Below, one piece after another: positions 27,460-38,699 of a stretch of DNA of 64,000 nt. Position 1 is the stretch's first letter; each line of letters starts with the position of its first letter. The DNA is from Trichosphaerium sp. ATCC 40318 (Eukaryota > Protista > Tubulinea), in contig JALMLS010000596.1 in assembly GCA_038496445.1 (NCBI GenBank), forward strand, positions 186,001 to 250,000. Reading direction: 5' to 3'. A program made the translations under genes and the position numbers. The notes below the pieces were generated by a model. The model did no database searches. It was not told the DNA's origin and saw only the letters and a list, made by a program, of their open reading frames with translations.

Positions 27460-28476
27460 TCAGTTTGTTGTTATTCCCTTTGCAATACAAACACCATCCT
27501 TGTATACTGATCTTTCTTCCAAGGTTCCATCTTCAAACCATAACAAAAACTCGCCATCAGGCTTACCGTCGCTATAGTACTCACAAGATTGCATCTGGCC
27601 TGTTTCATAGTAGCTCTTTGTCTCACCATGTATCTTACCATTGCGATAATTAAGGACAGAATCAAGTTGTCCATTTTTAAACCATATTTTATTCTCACCA
27701 GATTGTTTACCAGTTTCTTCATCATAAAGACTAACCTCACGTATTTGACCGTTCGAGTACCAAAAAGTATGTTTGGACATCTTTCCTGGTTGTTTGTAAA
27801 CATACAAAGACTTCAACTCTCCATTTTTATGCCATGTTTTTTTCTCTCCAATGATCTTACCGTGTTCCATAAACATCTGACTGTGCAGCTTGCCATTTTC
27901 GTGAAACGTACTGACTTTACCATTTACTTTATTGTCCTTGTATGTCTTCTCCTCACGCAACTGACCGAGCCTGTTCCATGACTTGTAAGCACCTTCAAGT
28001 ACACCCATCTGATAGGTTACAAGCCATTTGAGTTGTCCTTCTTCATACCACTGTCTTTTGGTACCATGTAGTGTACCATCAACATACTTAGTTTCTTCTT
28101 GTATTTTACCATTCTTGTACCATTTTGTTGATGTTCCTTGAAGTTTCTTATTCGAAAAAAATTGTTGCATCATAAGTACACCGTTTGTATACCATCTCTT
28201 CCAGTCACCATCCCAACCACCGTCTTTATAATGTACTTTCTGTGACATTTGACCATCATCAAACCATCCAATTTTGTATCCATTTTCTACTCCATTTTCA
28301 AATTCAATTTGCCATTTTTTTTTCCCACGATAGAATTTAATAAATAGTCCATGTTTTTCTAGTTTGTCGTTGAAGCGACTTGTGATGGCGGCTTTCTTGC
28401 ATAGTAAAGGCCATTTCAACCACACTTCAGTGTCAGTATCGCATATTGATAGGTGTAGCTCTACAGGAATAGCCAT
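27460..28476 (-). CDS. Intronless F-box-like + MORN2 (YwqK-type) repeat protein
   Basis: 338-aa uninterrupted ORF with IPVELHLSIC..EVWLKWPLLCK at the N-terminus, followed by about 12 W/Y-x-x-NG-x-L...Y.xG repeats. Confidence 0.9.
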   Translation of the reverse strand: MAIPVELHLSICDTDTEVWLKWPLLCKKAAITSRFNDKLEKHGLFIKFYRGKKKWQIEFENGVENGYKIGWFDDGQMSQKVHYKDGGWDGDWKRWYTNGVLMMQQFFSNKKLQGTSTKWYKNGKIQEETKYVDGTLHGTKRQWYEEGQLKWLVTYQMGVLEGAYKSWNRLGQLREEKTYKDNKVNGKVSTFHENGKLHSQMFMEHGKIIGEKKTWHKNGELKSLYVYKQPGKMSKHTFWYSNGQIREVSLYDEETGKQSGENKIWFKNGQLDSVLNYRNGKIHGETKSYYETGQMQSCEYYSDGKPDGEFLLWFEDGTLEERSVYKDGVCIAKGITTN

Positions 28477-29559
28477 AAGATAGTTTTCGGTTGAAACAGG
28501 TTGTTTGCGTATTAAATTGCCAATTACATCAAGAGCGCTTTCATAGACACTCTACGGAACGTAAGTAAGTCGGCTATTGTTTAAAACTGTTACCATTGTA
28601 CTCAATTTATCTGAATGTGACTGTAAATAGAGTATTTGTGAGTTATGTGTAAAGGCGTGAGAGACAACGTGTTTATGGCTTTTAAGAAAGACCTTGACTG
28701 AGGCATTTCCGCTAAAATTCGCAGAACACAAGTCTTGTTTATCTTCCATCTATTTTCTTAAATTAGTAAGTTACTATGTATATCGCTGCTGTATTGTTAC
28801 ACACATCGCATATGGGAACTAGAATAGAAGTAAGGCATTATTGTCTGTTTCATTCAAGTCTTACTATTATTTTCTAGAAAGTGAGTTTTTAGCACTTTTA
28901 GCAGATCTAGCAAGGTCTGACGCTTCTGTCAAATGGTGTAGATCTATGACAATGTGAACTATTTGTGTTACAACGTCCTTCATTGTATGACTTAGGTACC
29001 TTACGGTAAGTGATAGCAAAATTTTCAATGTAAGTTTCAACAGACCACGGAAGATGATCGCAGCATTTTACCTACGCAAACTATACACAGTACGATCAAA
29101 CCACAGAAGTCTAAAAGCGAATTAAAAAGGTATGATGTCCACAAAGCTATCACATGTCCGCCAAACACGGTATGAATGCCTCAAACACTGTTTGTTATGT
29201 TTTGATAAAAAAAATCAACGTGTATAATAATTTACTAGCGCTACGCTGGCCTACCCCACGCTAACAAAAGCGCTATTGCAGAATCCAAATAGCAATACAG
29301 GTGTAATAGCGTTAAAACCTCCCAAAACACCAGCGTTGCTGCTTTGTAAACGCCGCCAGGCGTCAAATATGTACATAAAATTGTTTGCTATGGGTTTGTT
29401 AAATCACGTCAGTGATTTTTTACGAGCAGTACATTTACAAAAATAAAGCTATCTTTCTAACCAGCTGGCGCATATTTTGACTCCCCCAATGGATCCCATA
29501 ACTTATAATTATATTCTCACGATGCCAGTTACACCTGCAACAACCAACAAACATCTCAA

Positions 29560-29760
29560 AAAAACTGTGTTCTTGACAGCAAAAAATAGTTACAAGTGAT
29601 AGTATTTACCTCTTGGAAGCTTGGGATTTTGAAGGTGTAATTGCAGGCGCAACAGTAGATACAGCATTTGGTATTGCGGTTTGCGTGGTTGTTTTTGGTG
29701 CCATTGATGGAGAGGTGTTGGCGTTATTATTGGCTTTATAGTTCTATTATAAACCCATCA
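29560..29760 (-). pseudogene. Fragment of a Thr/Pro/Ser-rich stalk exon captured inside the element
   Basis: Reads NNANTSPSMAPKTTTQTAIPNAVSTVAPAITPSKSQASKR, followed by a GTAAAT donor. No upstream exons were found. Confidence 0.45.
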
Positions 29761-30195
29761 ATAAAGAGTTTGCAAGCAGACTTAATTTCTAATTTACTAT
29801 ATGACACAAGTCATGTTGGGTGCTATAATTACGTACTACACCAGTACTGAGTATTGCTTCATCGAACAAAAGGGAATAGAAAGGTAGCATCTTACATGTT
29901 TTTTAGATGAACGCTTTTTATGAGCCTGCCTCTTATTTGAGTTAGGACCACAAGAGCTTTTTAATTGTCATTTGCTATGAGGAAAAAATTTGCTGTTTAA
30001 TTAAATAACGGTAACTAACACGTGATAATTTTAACTTAGCAAGATTACGTTGAGCTACGTACAGTCTCAAATTAAGGAAAAACTTGAAGGTGAGAATGAA
30101 GAGGAGAGAAATAGACAAAGGGTAAATACTAAACTGAAAAAAAACGAAAAGAGTGTGAAAGGGGCTTTATTAAAGCACTTTAGTAACATATGTAT

Positions 30196-30942
30196 TTAGC
30201 TACATGCACTACAATCGCCGTTGAGAGGTAGAACAACACTTGCAGTAGTAAGAGGGTGGATATCAGCAGTACCTTTCCAACAGAAATGAAAAGAGTTAAA
30301 GATTTTAACTTCGGAGAAATTCCAGCCATCATGACCGAATATTGTCATCTCAACACCTTGAAGTGCCTTGTCGGTATTCTTTGAAGGTGCGACCATATAG
30401 AACAGATCAACAGCACCTGATTGAAACTCGTTGAGTCGGGGATCAACAAGGGCAGCGCTGTAAGGAGAATAGGTTCCGTCAGTGTAAGCATATCGGTACT
30501 TAATTGGTGCATTTGTTCCATGGAATTGCCCGTTGTTCGTCTTTGTCATTATCATTGTGTATTCGCTAGTAACCTTCTCATATGTATCTCCAGATGCTTG
30601 ACTATAAGTGTTTGAACAGCTGGTCATGTAGAATAAGTTGCATATACTTCCGTGGTAGGATGTGTAGTAATTACAGCGGTCGTCTGCATTACATAGTTGT
30701 TCACATTGAGCTTTTGTAACTGAAGTATCTCGAGGGAAGGAACAGTCTCCAGGGCCGCCAACCCAATTGCAGTTTGTTACCGTTGATCCGGGCACAGAGC
30801 CATCACAGTACACAAATTGTCCGGCATGCATGTCTTTACGACAGCCAGAACAAGTGTTGTGGGCGTTGAGAGTAATGGCTTTGTAATTGAAGGCCAATGC
30901 CAATGAAAAACAGAGACAGAGTAGAATCGATGAATAGTTCAT
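30196..30942 (-). CDS. Intronless secreted protein with Cys-rich PAN/apple-like and PLAT/LH2-like domains (cargo of TIR element)
   Basis: Signal peptide, TKAQCEQLCNADDRCNYYTSY (PAN-like) and NEFQSGAVDLFY...GHDGWNFSEVKI (PLAT-like FExGxxDxF / DGW). Confidence 0.8.
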   Translation of the reverse strand: MNYSSILLCLCFSLALAFNYKAITLNAHNTCSGCRKDMHAGQFVYCDGSVPGSTVTNCNWVGGPGDCSFPRDTSVTKAQCEQLCNADDRCNYYTSYHGSICNLFYMTSCSNTYSQASGDTYEKVTSEYTMIMTKTNNGQFHGTNAPIKYRYAYTDGTYSPYSAALVDPRLNEFQSGAVDLFYMVAPSKNTDKALQGVEMTIFGHDGWNFSEVKIFNSFHFCWKGTADIHPLTTASVVLPLNGDCSACS

Positions 30943-33244
30943 GAGTGGAGGGGCTTGTACGCAAACTAAAGCTGTTGTTTGTTGTTTGAAGGTTATTGGT
31001 AAATGATCAACAATGTTGGCTTAAAAGCACGTGTGCACGAAAAAAAAAATAAAGCGAAACCAACAGCAATGTCGCCGTATGAAAAAAACAACACAGGAAA
31101 ATGTGCTGGTATTTACAAACCAAAACAGAAAAAAAGTCCAACCTGTCGGGTTAATGTGATTTATTTTATTTATGATCAAATATCGCCAAATACGAAACGC
31201 ATGGATGAGTTTTGGGTTGTTTTGGTGTTTTTTACTTCCATTCCACATGTGTTCAGTGAACTATTGATTTAGAAATAATTTCGCTCCTTCTACGACCCGA
31301 ACCAGTTCACTTCTATGAACGACATCTGTTTAGCTATTAAAAAAATTGTTTGAAAACAGTAACAAGCTCCGGAGTACAAAATGGGCCTTGCTTTCTCAAA
31401 ATGAAAAAAAAAACAAACAAGATTGTTAAAGTTTTTTCGCTACACTTTTGTAGTACCCATCCTCATTGCAAGTGCATGAAAGGTTAGACCCTTATGACTT
31501 CAGTAATTTATAGGGTCTTTAATAGGCACAGGGCAGTGTCAATCTCAGAAAAAAAGCCATAACTCAACTCTTTTTTATTGAAATCAAATTGATTATCATT
31601 TGTGTAGACTGGTGTTTTGTAGTAATAGCTGTTACAAGTCATCGCAGTATATGTGCACTTCGCCTTGAAGTATTTATACATATTCCGGTTGTTAGAAAGG
31701 TACAGGGATCGCTCTCTCTCTAGTGTCAGACAGATCGCAGTATCACAAGTTGCAGTATGAAGTTTTCATTAAAACTACTTTTCCCACACTCTTGAGATAA
31801 ACCACTGTAGTTGTATAGTTGCTATACCGCAACTAAAAACAATGAAGCAGTGATTAAAACATGTGATTCAGAAGAGAGTGCTTGCTAAACAACGCAGTCA
31901 CTCTCATACTTGATAGGCACTTCCAAATTTCAACCCATCATAAACTGTTGTATGTTCCTGTCCTCACATCATTCTTCATTGTTAATACCCACTACAGCGG
32001 GCGCATGTCGCTTTGGTAGGTAACAGGGCTACATTCTACCGAAGTAATATGTATCACAAAAAGTTTAGTTAAACCATCTGTGCAACACTTTTTTATTTAA
32101 AAACTAGCGTGTAACTTGATGTGGCTCTAATGTCTCTTCGTTGGTGATGCTCGCCAATAGGTGTTTGATTAACTAGCTTGCGCAAGAGAAACTACTAATA
32201 TGTATCACCAGCGGATTGCCATAGAACCTAGCTGTGACAGCTCATTGCCAATAGCCTACATACGTATTTTTTCATCCAGAGCTCACTTATTTCAATACAC
32301 GCCTGTAGCATTGACGGATGTACTCACAAATTCATTCATACAGCACTTGCTTGAAAATCATAGCTACTATAACGTGACATAGCGGAGGAAGGTAGTCTTA
32401 GTCGTAGTTTCCTCGCTTTTCGGTTGATAAAAAAAACGGTTGTTATCTTTAGATTAAAATGGTGGCACCTACCTAAACCTGGACCCAAAGCAAAACCGAA
32501 TACGGTTACTAGTATACAATCACTATGATGTCACTTTCTTTCATTTTTCAAACCAACGGAACAAAAAAGTTGTAATAGCGTGCGTATAGTATCATTGACG
32601 CACAGTGCTGCATAAAATACGGTTTAACAGATACTTTCTCGTAAGTTGACAATCTGCATTTTTTTTAATTGTGCTAAACACGCTTGATTGTTGGGTTTCA
32701 ACCCGTCAATCGATTCAAAATCAAATGTTACAGCCATTTAGAGGGTTTAGAACTCTTGAAAAGCAGGTGATGGCGAAGAAAACACCAATCAATTTTTTTA
32801 CAACTTCATTGAAGCAAACTCCAGGATCGCCTTGAATAATATGAATGTATTTGAATAAATACAAGGTTTTTTGTTGTGAATATGAATTTGCCGTATATTC
32901 GTATTGGAAGAACGTTACTCTAGAGCCATTTTACTACCCAATCAAGTTGTTTAACGCCAAAATAAGCTTGATCGAATGTAGTTTTTACGGTAAACATGGT
33001 CTTTTCATGAAAACGAAAATAGTAAAACAGCTTTATCCGTTTCATTTTTTTTTCAAATGTAGTACGTGCCGATTTGAAACGGTTGGATTCACTCGACAGG
33101 CGTGAGGGTGCTCACATTTAAAAAATGACAATTTGCAAGATCTGTCAGAAGTGTCAAATCCGTCAGATCTGACAGATCGGGCAGAAACTGGATTTTTTTT
33201 GCTAAAAGTCAGTCTGTCTCAAAACTTGAATGAAACAGACAATA

Positions 33245-33590
33245 CACGTCATGTGATCCAAAAAATGGACAGATGAGTTTGGTAGTTAATTCGTGCTTGA
33301 TAAGCGAGAAGGAAGCGAAGGACATCAACACTAAAATTGATGTCTATGAGACATGGTTTGCAAACGGTCAGTTGAGATGTTGTAGGAATTTAGTAAACAA
33401 AACTTAATAGAGGTGAGAGTGGTGTTTAAATGGTAAATAACAAAGGTGTATAATTATATGCATGGTAGACTACAAGGAGAACAGAAGCTGTTGCATGATA
33501 ACGGACAATTTACTTTAACGTATATTATCATAGATGGCAAAAAGCGTAGTAAGCCTAGATGGGTTCGTGATGGCCGAAAACAATACTCAT
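33245..33590 (+). pseudogene. Decayed MORN2-repeat gene adjoining the right TIR of element copy 2
   Basis: KNGQMSL..., YETWFANGQLRCCRNLVN* and GRLQGEQKLLHDNGQFTL, with stops and frameshifts. Confidence 0.7.
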
Positions 33591-33848
33591 AGCATGATCA
33601 TTTGTGCTGACATATATTGCTGTAAAGCAAGAAGTCCAATTTTTCTTTTCACTCATACCATCTATGTATTTCATTAAAGTCCCTTTTTGTTACTCAAAGC
33701 GTTGACACATTAGTGTTTGTATGACATTAATGAAATGCATGGATAAGAATTCAGTGGGTCCCTCATAAAACATATGCAAGGGCGATTGTGATGTTGGTAG
33801 GAATAAACTTAAAATTAAAACATGAGGAAAACGTTTTATTGGTGTACA

Positions 33849-34292
33849 TCAAACATACTCAATAGCCCAAGTACTATCGAGTGTATCTCCATTGTTTGGC
33901 TCAAGAAAAACCCGTTGAGCGTGGCTAGCACCAGGTCCCCCATCAAGCGCATGTCCTGAACGAGTAATACGCTTATTTATACCCCAGCCTGTGTTTTCTA
34001 GGGTGAACCTTTGTCTGTTGTTTAATGAATCGCACCAAGCTAGCTTTACAATTTGCCCAGGTGTTGCTTCCATACACCTCCCTGAGGCGACATGTTCAAA
34101 CCTGAAGTAGGTTCCCCAGCTTTGCATATCCCACACTGTTGGTCCGTAAAAGCTTGGCATCAAGTGTACATAGTTTGAGTTTGGAAACGATGATAGAGCA
34201 AACGTGGTTCGAAATTTTATAATCTTAACATTAGCCGAAGCACAGAGGGTAACAAGACATAAGATACATAGAAGAAGAGAAGCTGTTTGCAT
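33849..34292 (-). CDS. Secreted ricin-B/beta-trefoil lectin-like protein, paralog L1
   Basis: Signal peptide plus about 130 aa with FRFEHVASGRCME...VKLAWCD...RQRF...W; intronless. Confidence 0.8.
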   Translation of the reverse strand: MQTASLLLCILCLVTLCASANVKIIKFRTTFALSSFPNSNYVHLMPSFYGPTVWDMQSWGTYFRFEHVASGRCMEATPGQIVKLAWCDSLNNRQRFTLENTGWGINKRITRSGHALDGGPGASHAQRVFLEPNNGDTLDSTWAIEYV

Positions 34293-34429
34293 CGTGTTGA
34301 GTGAGGTTTTTGGTCTTTATTGATTTTATAATGAAAATGTACGTTCAAACACAATTGGCAGCTTGTGTTCTTGTTTTCTTGCGTTCTGTGTTCAATGTGA
34401 TTGAATACTTCAATCCAATGAGTTTGCTA

Positions 34430-35235
34430 AATAGACATGCAACGTAGTGTTTCGCCTAACTATCATATTTTCGGACTTTATCTGAATCGATACCTGACGT
34501 AAACCAAGTCGTAGATTTTGTATCGTAGTGCTCAGTACAGCAAGAAACAACTCCAAATAAGAAACCATTTTGTGAATACTTTTCAGCTGGCGACGTTTCG
34601 AAACCGCGAAAAACGGTTTACAATCACGTGTTTCTAAAAACCATTAAAATATCAACATGTTGTTAAAACGTGATTCTAAAATAACGCGAACTATAGATCA
34701 CAATAGGTCAAATATCGTGGTAAAACAACAAAGCGTATAGCTAACAATCAGCGAGTATTTTCAAAAGCTAGTTCGGTTTCCAGCGCACAAGGCAGTACCC
34801 ATCCATTGAATCTTTTTTTAAATTGTTCCCTCCCGGATGAAGTTTGCTCTTTTAGCCAGAAGTGTTAACATAAACCTATTTTTATTTTGGAGGTACAAAT
34901 CAGTACACCCTGGAATAATATAAATCTATCCTACTTGGTGTTGTCAGCGTTTGTGTGTATGGTAGAAGATGTAAGGTGAAGATGGTATTTGGTTTGTTAC
35001 CAACACAAGAATCATGTTTTAACAATGTGTTTATATTTTAATGGTTTTTAGAAACACGTGATTGTAAACCGTTTTTCGCGGTTTCGAAACGTCGCCAGCT
35101 GAAAAGTATTCACAAAATGGTTTTCTTGTTTGGCGTAGTTCCTAGCAAGCTGTACCACGTGCAAAGCTTTGTCGGGTATCGTTTCAGATAAGTCCGAAAA
35201 TACAATTAGGCGAAAATACAACGTTGCAGGTGTTT
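34430..35235. repeat. Inverted repeat (arms about 34430-34677 and 35008-35235) between divergent lectin genes L1 and L2
   Basis: GAAACCATTTTGTGAATACTTTTCAGCTGGCGACGTTTCGAAACCGCGAAAAACGGTTTACAATCACGTG at 34561 is reverse-complemented at about 35055-35123. Confidence 0.9.
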
Positions 35236-35579
35236 GTTTAAGCTAAACAACTACGTCAAATTATTCGATAGGTGTAAGAACAAGGGTATATCAATTAGGT
35301 TTCGCAGTATTTTGATAAGAAACTATGCGAGGTTATTGTCATTGTCTTAGAACCATCTGAGGTTATTGTCATTGCCTCAGAAGACCAAATAAAGCTAGAG
35401 CCTTTTATCACCACACTTGCGTTTTAAATCATTCTGTACAACATAAATAACATCAAAATATTATTGTTTATGGTGGCATCATCGATTACACGATAAATAC
35501 GGTCACATTAACAATACAGAACAAAAGAAATCACTTGTGTTTTTTTTCTCAAAATAAAAAGAACAAAACCTGATTCAAC

Positions 35580-36032
35580 ATGATGCGAACAGCTTCTCTT
35601 CTTCTACTCGTATTATGCCTTGTTACCTTATGTACTTCGGCCAGAGTTAAGATTATTAAAATAGGCACCACGTTTGCTCTATCGTCTCTTCCAAACTCAA
35701 ATCATGTTTTTTTGATGCCAACCTTTTACATTCCAACAGTGTGGGATATGCAAAGAGTGCCAAACACCAATCTCTTCAAGTTTGTAAATATCGAAACAAG
35801 GTACTGTATGGAAGTAGCTCCAAACCAAGTTGTATTTCTGGCTCTTTGCGATGTATCAAAGAGCGCTCAAAGGTTCTCGCTTATAGATACTCGCTTTGGT
35901 GGTAAGCGTATTACTAATCTAAACTACGTAATTGATGGTGGACGCGGAGCTAGTCACGCTGAGCGTGTTTATCTAAAGCGATACTGGGATAGAGATAATA
36001 TTGATATCACTTGGATAATTGATTATGTTTGA
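35580..36032 (+). CDS. Secreted beta-trefoil lectin-like protein, paralog L2
   Basis: FKFVNIETRYCMEV...VFLALCD..KSAQRF; homologous to L1. Confidence 0.8.
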   Translation: MMRTASLLLLVLCLVTLCTSARVKIIKIGTTFALSSLPNSNHVFLMPTFYIPTVWDMQRVPNTNLFKFVNIETRYCMEVAPNQVVFLALCDVSKSAQRFSLIDTRFGGKRITNLNYVIDGGRGASHAERVYLKRYWDRDNIDITWIIDYV

Positions 36033-36817
36033 CATGTACAACAATAAAACCATTCCCTAGTATTTTAATATAAATTGTGTAGACTTCATTCTTGATACCC
36101 TGTGGTTTTATTGTTGCATGTGACTGCACGTTGCAGGTTTACTTGTTGTTCATCTGTTCATCGTGTTAAAGTTGTATTACTAAAGCGTTGGTTGTATACC
36201 AGCAATAATCAAGTAAACTGGCTCGCCAGGTCATGATAGTTCTGAATATACAGTGTTGTCCACATCTTGTTTTGTTTATAGCAAGTAGGCTATCTTACAC
36301 AGCAATACAAGCAATGTAATATGGTAACAATCCAAATACCATTTTCCTAGCTGCATATTCAACATCATGGTATGTACTCAGGAACAGAAACGGCAACAAT
36401 GAGTTAGCACGTGATAAAATAAGTACGGCCTTGAACCCCAAAACCAAAATTGGTTTTATGTTAACACTTTTTCATGGACTGATGTAAACTGTACAGCGGT
36501 GCATGTAACACAACTAAATGTATTGTTGTTTTTAAACTGTGTACTGGCAAAACCAACTTGGTTTACATGATATCAGGTTCATTGTTTCTATGATTTGAAA
36601 TCCAATCACATTGACAACGTCGGGTATCTATTCAGATAAATTCCGAAAATATGATAGTTAGGCGAAACGCTACGTTGCATGTCTATTTAGCAAACTCATT
36701 GGATTGAAGTATTCAATCACATTGAACACAGAACGCAAGATAACAAAAACACAAGCTAACAATTGTGTTTTTTTGGTCAAAGCACAAAAAAAGCGAATAA
36801 AACCCTGACTCAACACA

Positions 36818-37270
36818 ATGCGAACAGCTTCTCTTCTTCTGTGTATCTTATGTATTGTTGCCCTCTGTGCTTCGGCTCATGTCAAGATTATAAAATACCA
36901 AACCACGTTTGCTCTATCATCGTTTCCAAACTCGGATTATGTACACTTGATGCCAACCTTCTACGGACCAACAGTGTGGGATATACAAAGCTGGGGCAGC
37001 GGAGGATGGATCAGGTTTGTACATGTCGCCTCAGGGGACTGCATGGAAGCAGTACATGGGCAAATTGTAAAGCTGGCTCTTTGTGATATATTGAGCTATA
37101 AACAGAGGTTCACACTTGAACAAAGCGGGTATGGGGCAAGCTATGGTCGTATTGCTCGTCTGGGATACGCACTAGATGCAGGACCTGGAGCTATCCACGC
37201 TCAGCGCGTTTTTCTTGATCCAAACAACGGAGATACAGTCGATAGCACTTGGAAAATTGTTTATCTTTAA
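36818..37270 (+). CDS. Secreted beta-trefoil lectin-like protein, paralog L3
   Basis: IRFVHVASGDCME...VKLALCD..YKQRF. Closest to L1, and shares its upstream sequence (about 34352-34500 inverted vs 36615-36765). Confidence 0.8.
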   Translation: MRTASLLLCILCIVALCASAHVKIIKYQTTFALSSFPNSDYVHLMPTFYGPTVWDIQSWGSGGWIRFVHVASGDCMEAVHGQIVKLALCDILSYKQRFTLEQSGYGASYGRIARLGYALDAGPGAIHAQRVFLDPNNGDTVDSTWKIVYL

Positions 37271-37660
37271 TGTACACCAATAAAAACCCAAAACAGGTTT
37301 ATGGTAACGGGACTCATTTTTTTTTCGTGCACAGATAGGTGTAGGCGCATGTAACATGCCTTGAATCATTACGTAAGGTGAACAAGGGTGATATCAATTA
37401 GGTTTCGCAGTATTTTTATCAGAAAACTATGCGAAGTTATTATCATTGTCTCAGCAGACCTCAGAAGACCAAATAAAGCTAAGCCTTTTATCACCACACT
37501 AGCGTTTTCAATCATGCTGTACAACATAAATAACAGCAAAATACAATTGCTTATGATGGCATCATCGATTCAACGATAAACCGAATCACATTGACAACAC
37601 AGAACGAGAGATCACTTGTTTTTTTTTTCTCAAAATAAAAAGAACAAAACCTGATTCAAC

Positions 37661-38113
37661 ATGATGCGAACAGCTTCTCTTCTTCTATTTGTATTATGCC
37701 TTGTTACCTTATGTACTTCGGTCAGAGTTAAGCTTAAAAAGATAGGCACTAATTACGCTCTATCAGCTATAACGAATTCGGACTATATTTATTTGATGCC
37801 AACCTTTTACATTCCAACAGATTGGTGGATGCGAGACTATGGTACATACGTGAAGTTTGAAAATATTCACGCAAAAAAGTGTATGGAGGCATCGTTTGTA
37901 CTACAACGTGTTATTCTGGGAGATTGCGATGATTATAACTTTCGCCAAAGGTTCGCACTTGATGATAGCCGTTGGGGTGAGCAATATAAGCGTATTAATC
38001 ATGTGTACAACTATGTTGATACAGGACCTGGAGCTAGGCAAGCTCAACAGGTTTATCTAAAGCGGAACAGAGTTCACACAGCCGATAACACTTTTGAAAT
38101 TGTATACGTTTGA
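37661..38113 (+). CDS. Secreted beta-trefoil lectin-like protein, paralog L4
   Basis: VKFENIHAKKCME...VILGDCDDYNFRQRF. Upstream region about 37375-37660 duplicates about 35275-35580 of L2. Confidence 0.8.
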   Translation: MMRTASLLLFVLCLVTLCTSVRVKLKKIGTNYALSAITNSDYIYLMPTFYIPTDWWMRDYGTYVKFENIHAKKCMEASFVLQRVILGDCDDYNFRQRFALDDSRWGEQYKRINHVYNYVDTGPGARQAQQVYLKRNRVHTADNTFEIVYV

Positions 38114-38699
38114 TTTGTACCAATAAACATCGACTATGAATCACGTGATACGAAAAAAATTATGAACAAGTACAAATTCTGTAGTTGCGTAGTGAAACTT
38201 TGTTGTAGAGCTAGTGGAGTTTAAGTCAGAGGTCTTACTTTTCCGGCTACAAACCGGTTAACCGTTTAGGTTCTGAAAGCCGGTTAACCTCTACTTCTTA
38301 GCAACTATGATTCATAGTGAAATATTGTGCTTTACATCGTTGGACACGGCGAACTGTATGATAAAATGACACACAACTTACACTTGTTCAATATTCGGTG
38401 AAAAACGGTCTTCTAATTTGTTGCTTGTAATACCGCAAAGGCTAAAATCATTCTTCAGGCTAATTACTGTTAGTAGACTTTCCCATGTTGGTTTACAATG
38501 ATATTGTGTATTCGTGTACTTTGCCCTCAGTTGTAAACCCTTTGAAACTAAGGTTGATAGTATGAACGGTTGAAAATGATGTGATACCTTCATGTTTATG
38601 GTGTCTATGGATAAGACCACCAGCAAGGGATCTAATAGCTTCAAATTGTACAGTACATTTATTTAATACTCAACTTGCAAGGTACATGACCGCCTGTTT

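Larger units (their letters stand above)
28841..33242. mobile_element. Copy 2 of the same TIR element, expanded to 4.4 kb by an internal cargo of about 3.65 kb (about 29410-33063)
   Basis: 28841-29409 matches the left about 570 bp of copy 1 and 33064-33242 matches its right about 180 bp. TA flanks both ends. The breakpoint lies at the ACGT of copy 1's CACGTG. Confidence 0.88.

Noticed and set aside
27460-28476. YwqK antitoxin of a bacterial toxin-antitoxin system
   Set aside because: The similarity reflects generic MORN2 repeats. There is no adjacent toxin, the context is eukaryotic and a spliced paralog exists.
26470-29409. Direct repeats of about 570 bp flanking the MORN gene read as LTRs
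   Set aside because: Each repeat is the left arm of a TIR element with its own right arm (27213 and 33242) and TA flanks. There is no gag/pol or primer-binding site.
38250-38292. Two CCGGTTAACC palindromic motifs
   Set aside because: Too short, with no TIR/TSD structure or further copies in the window. Possibly a TE remnant, but unsupported.
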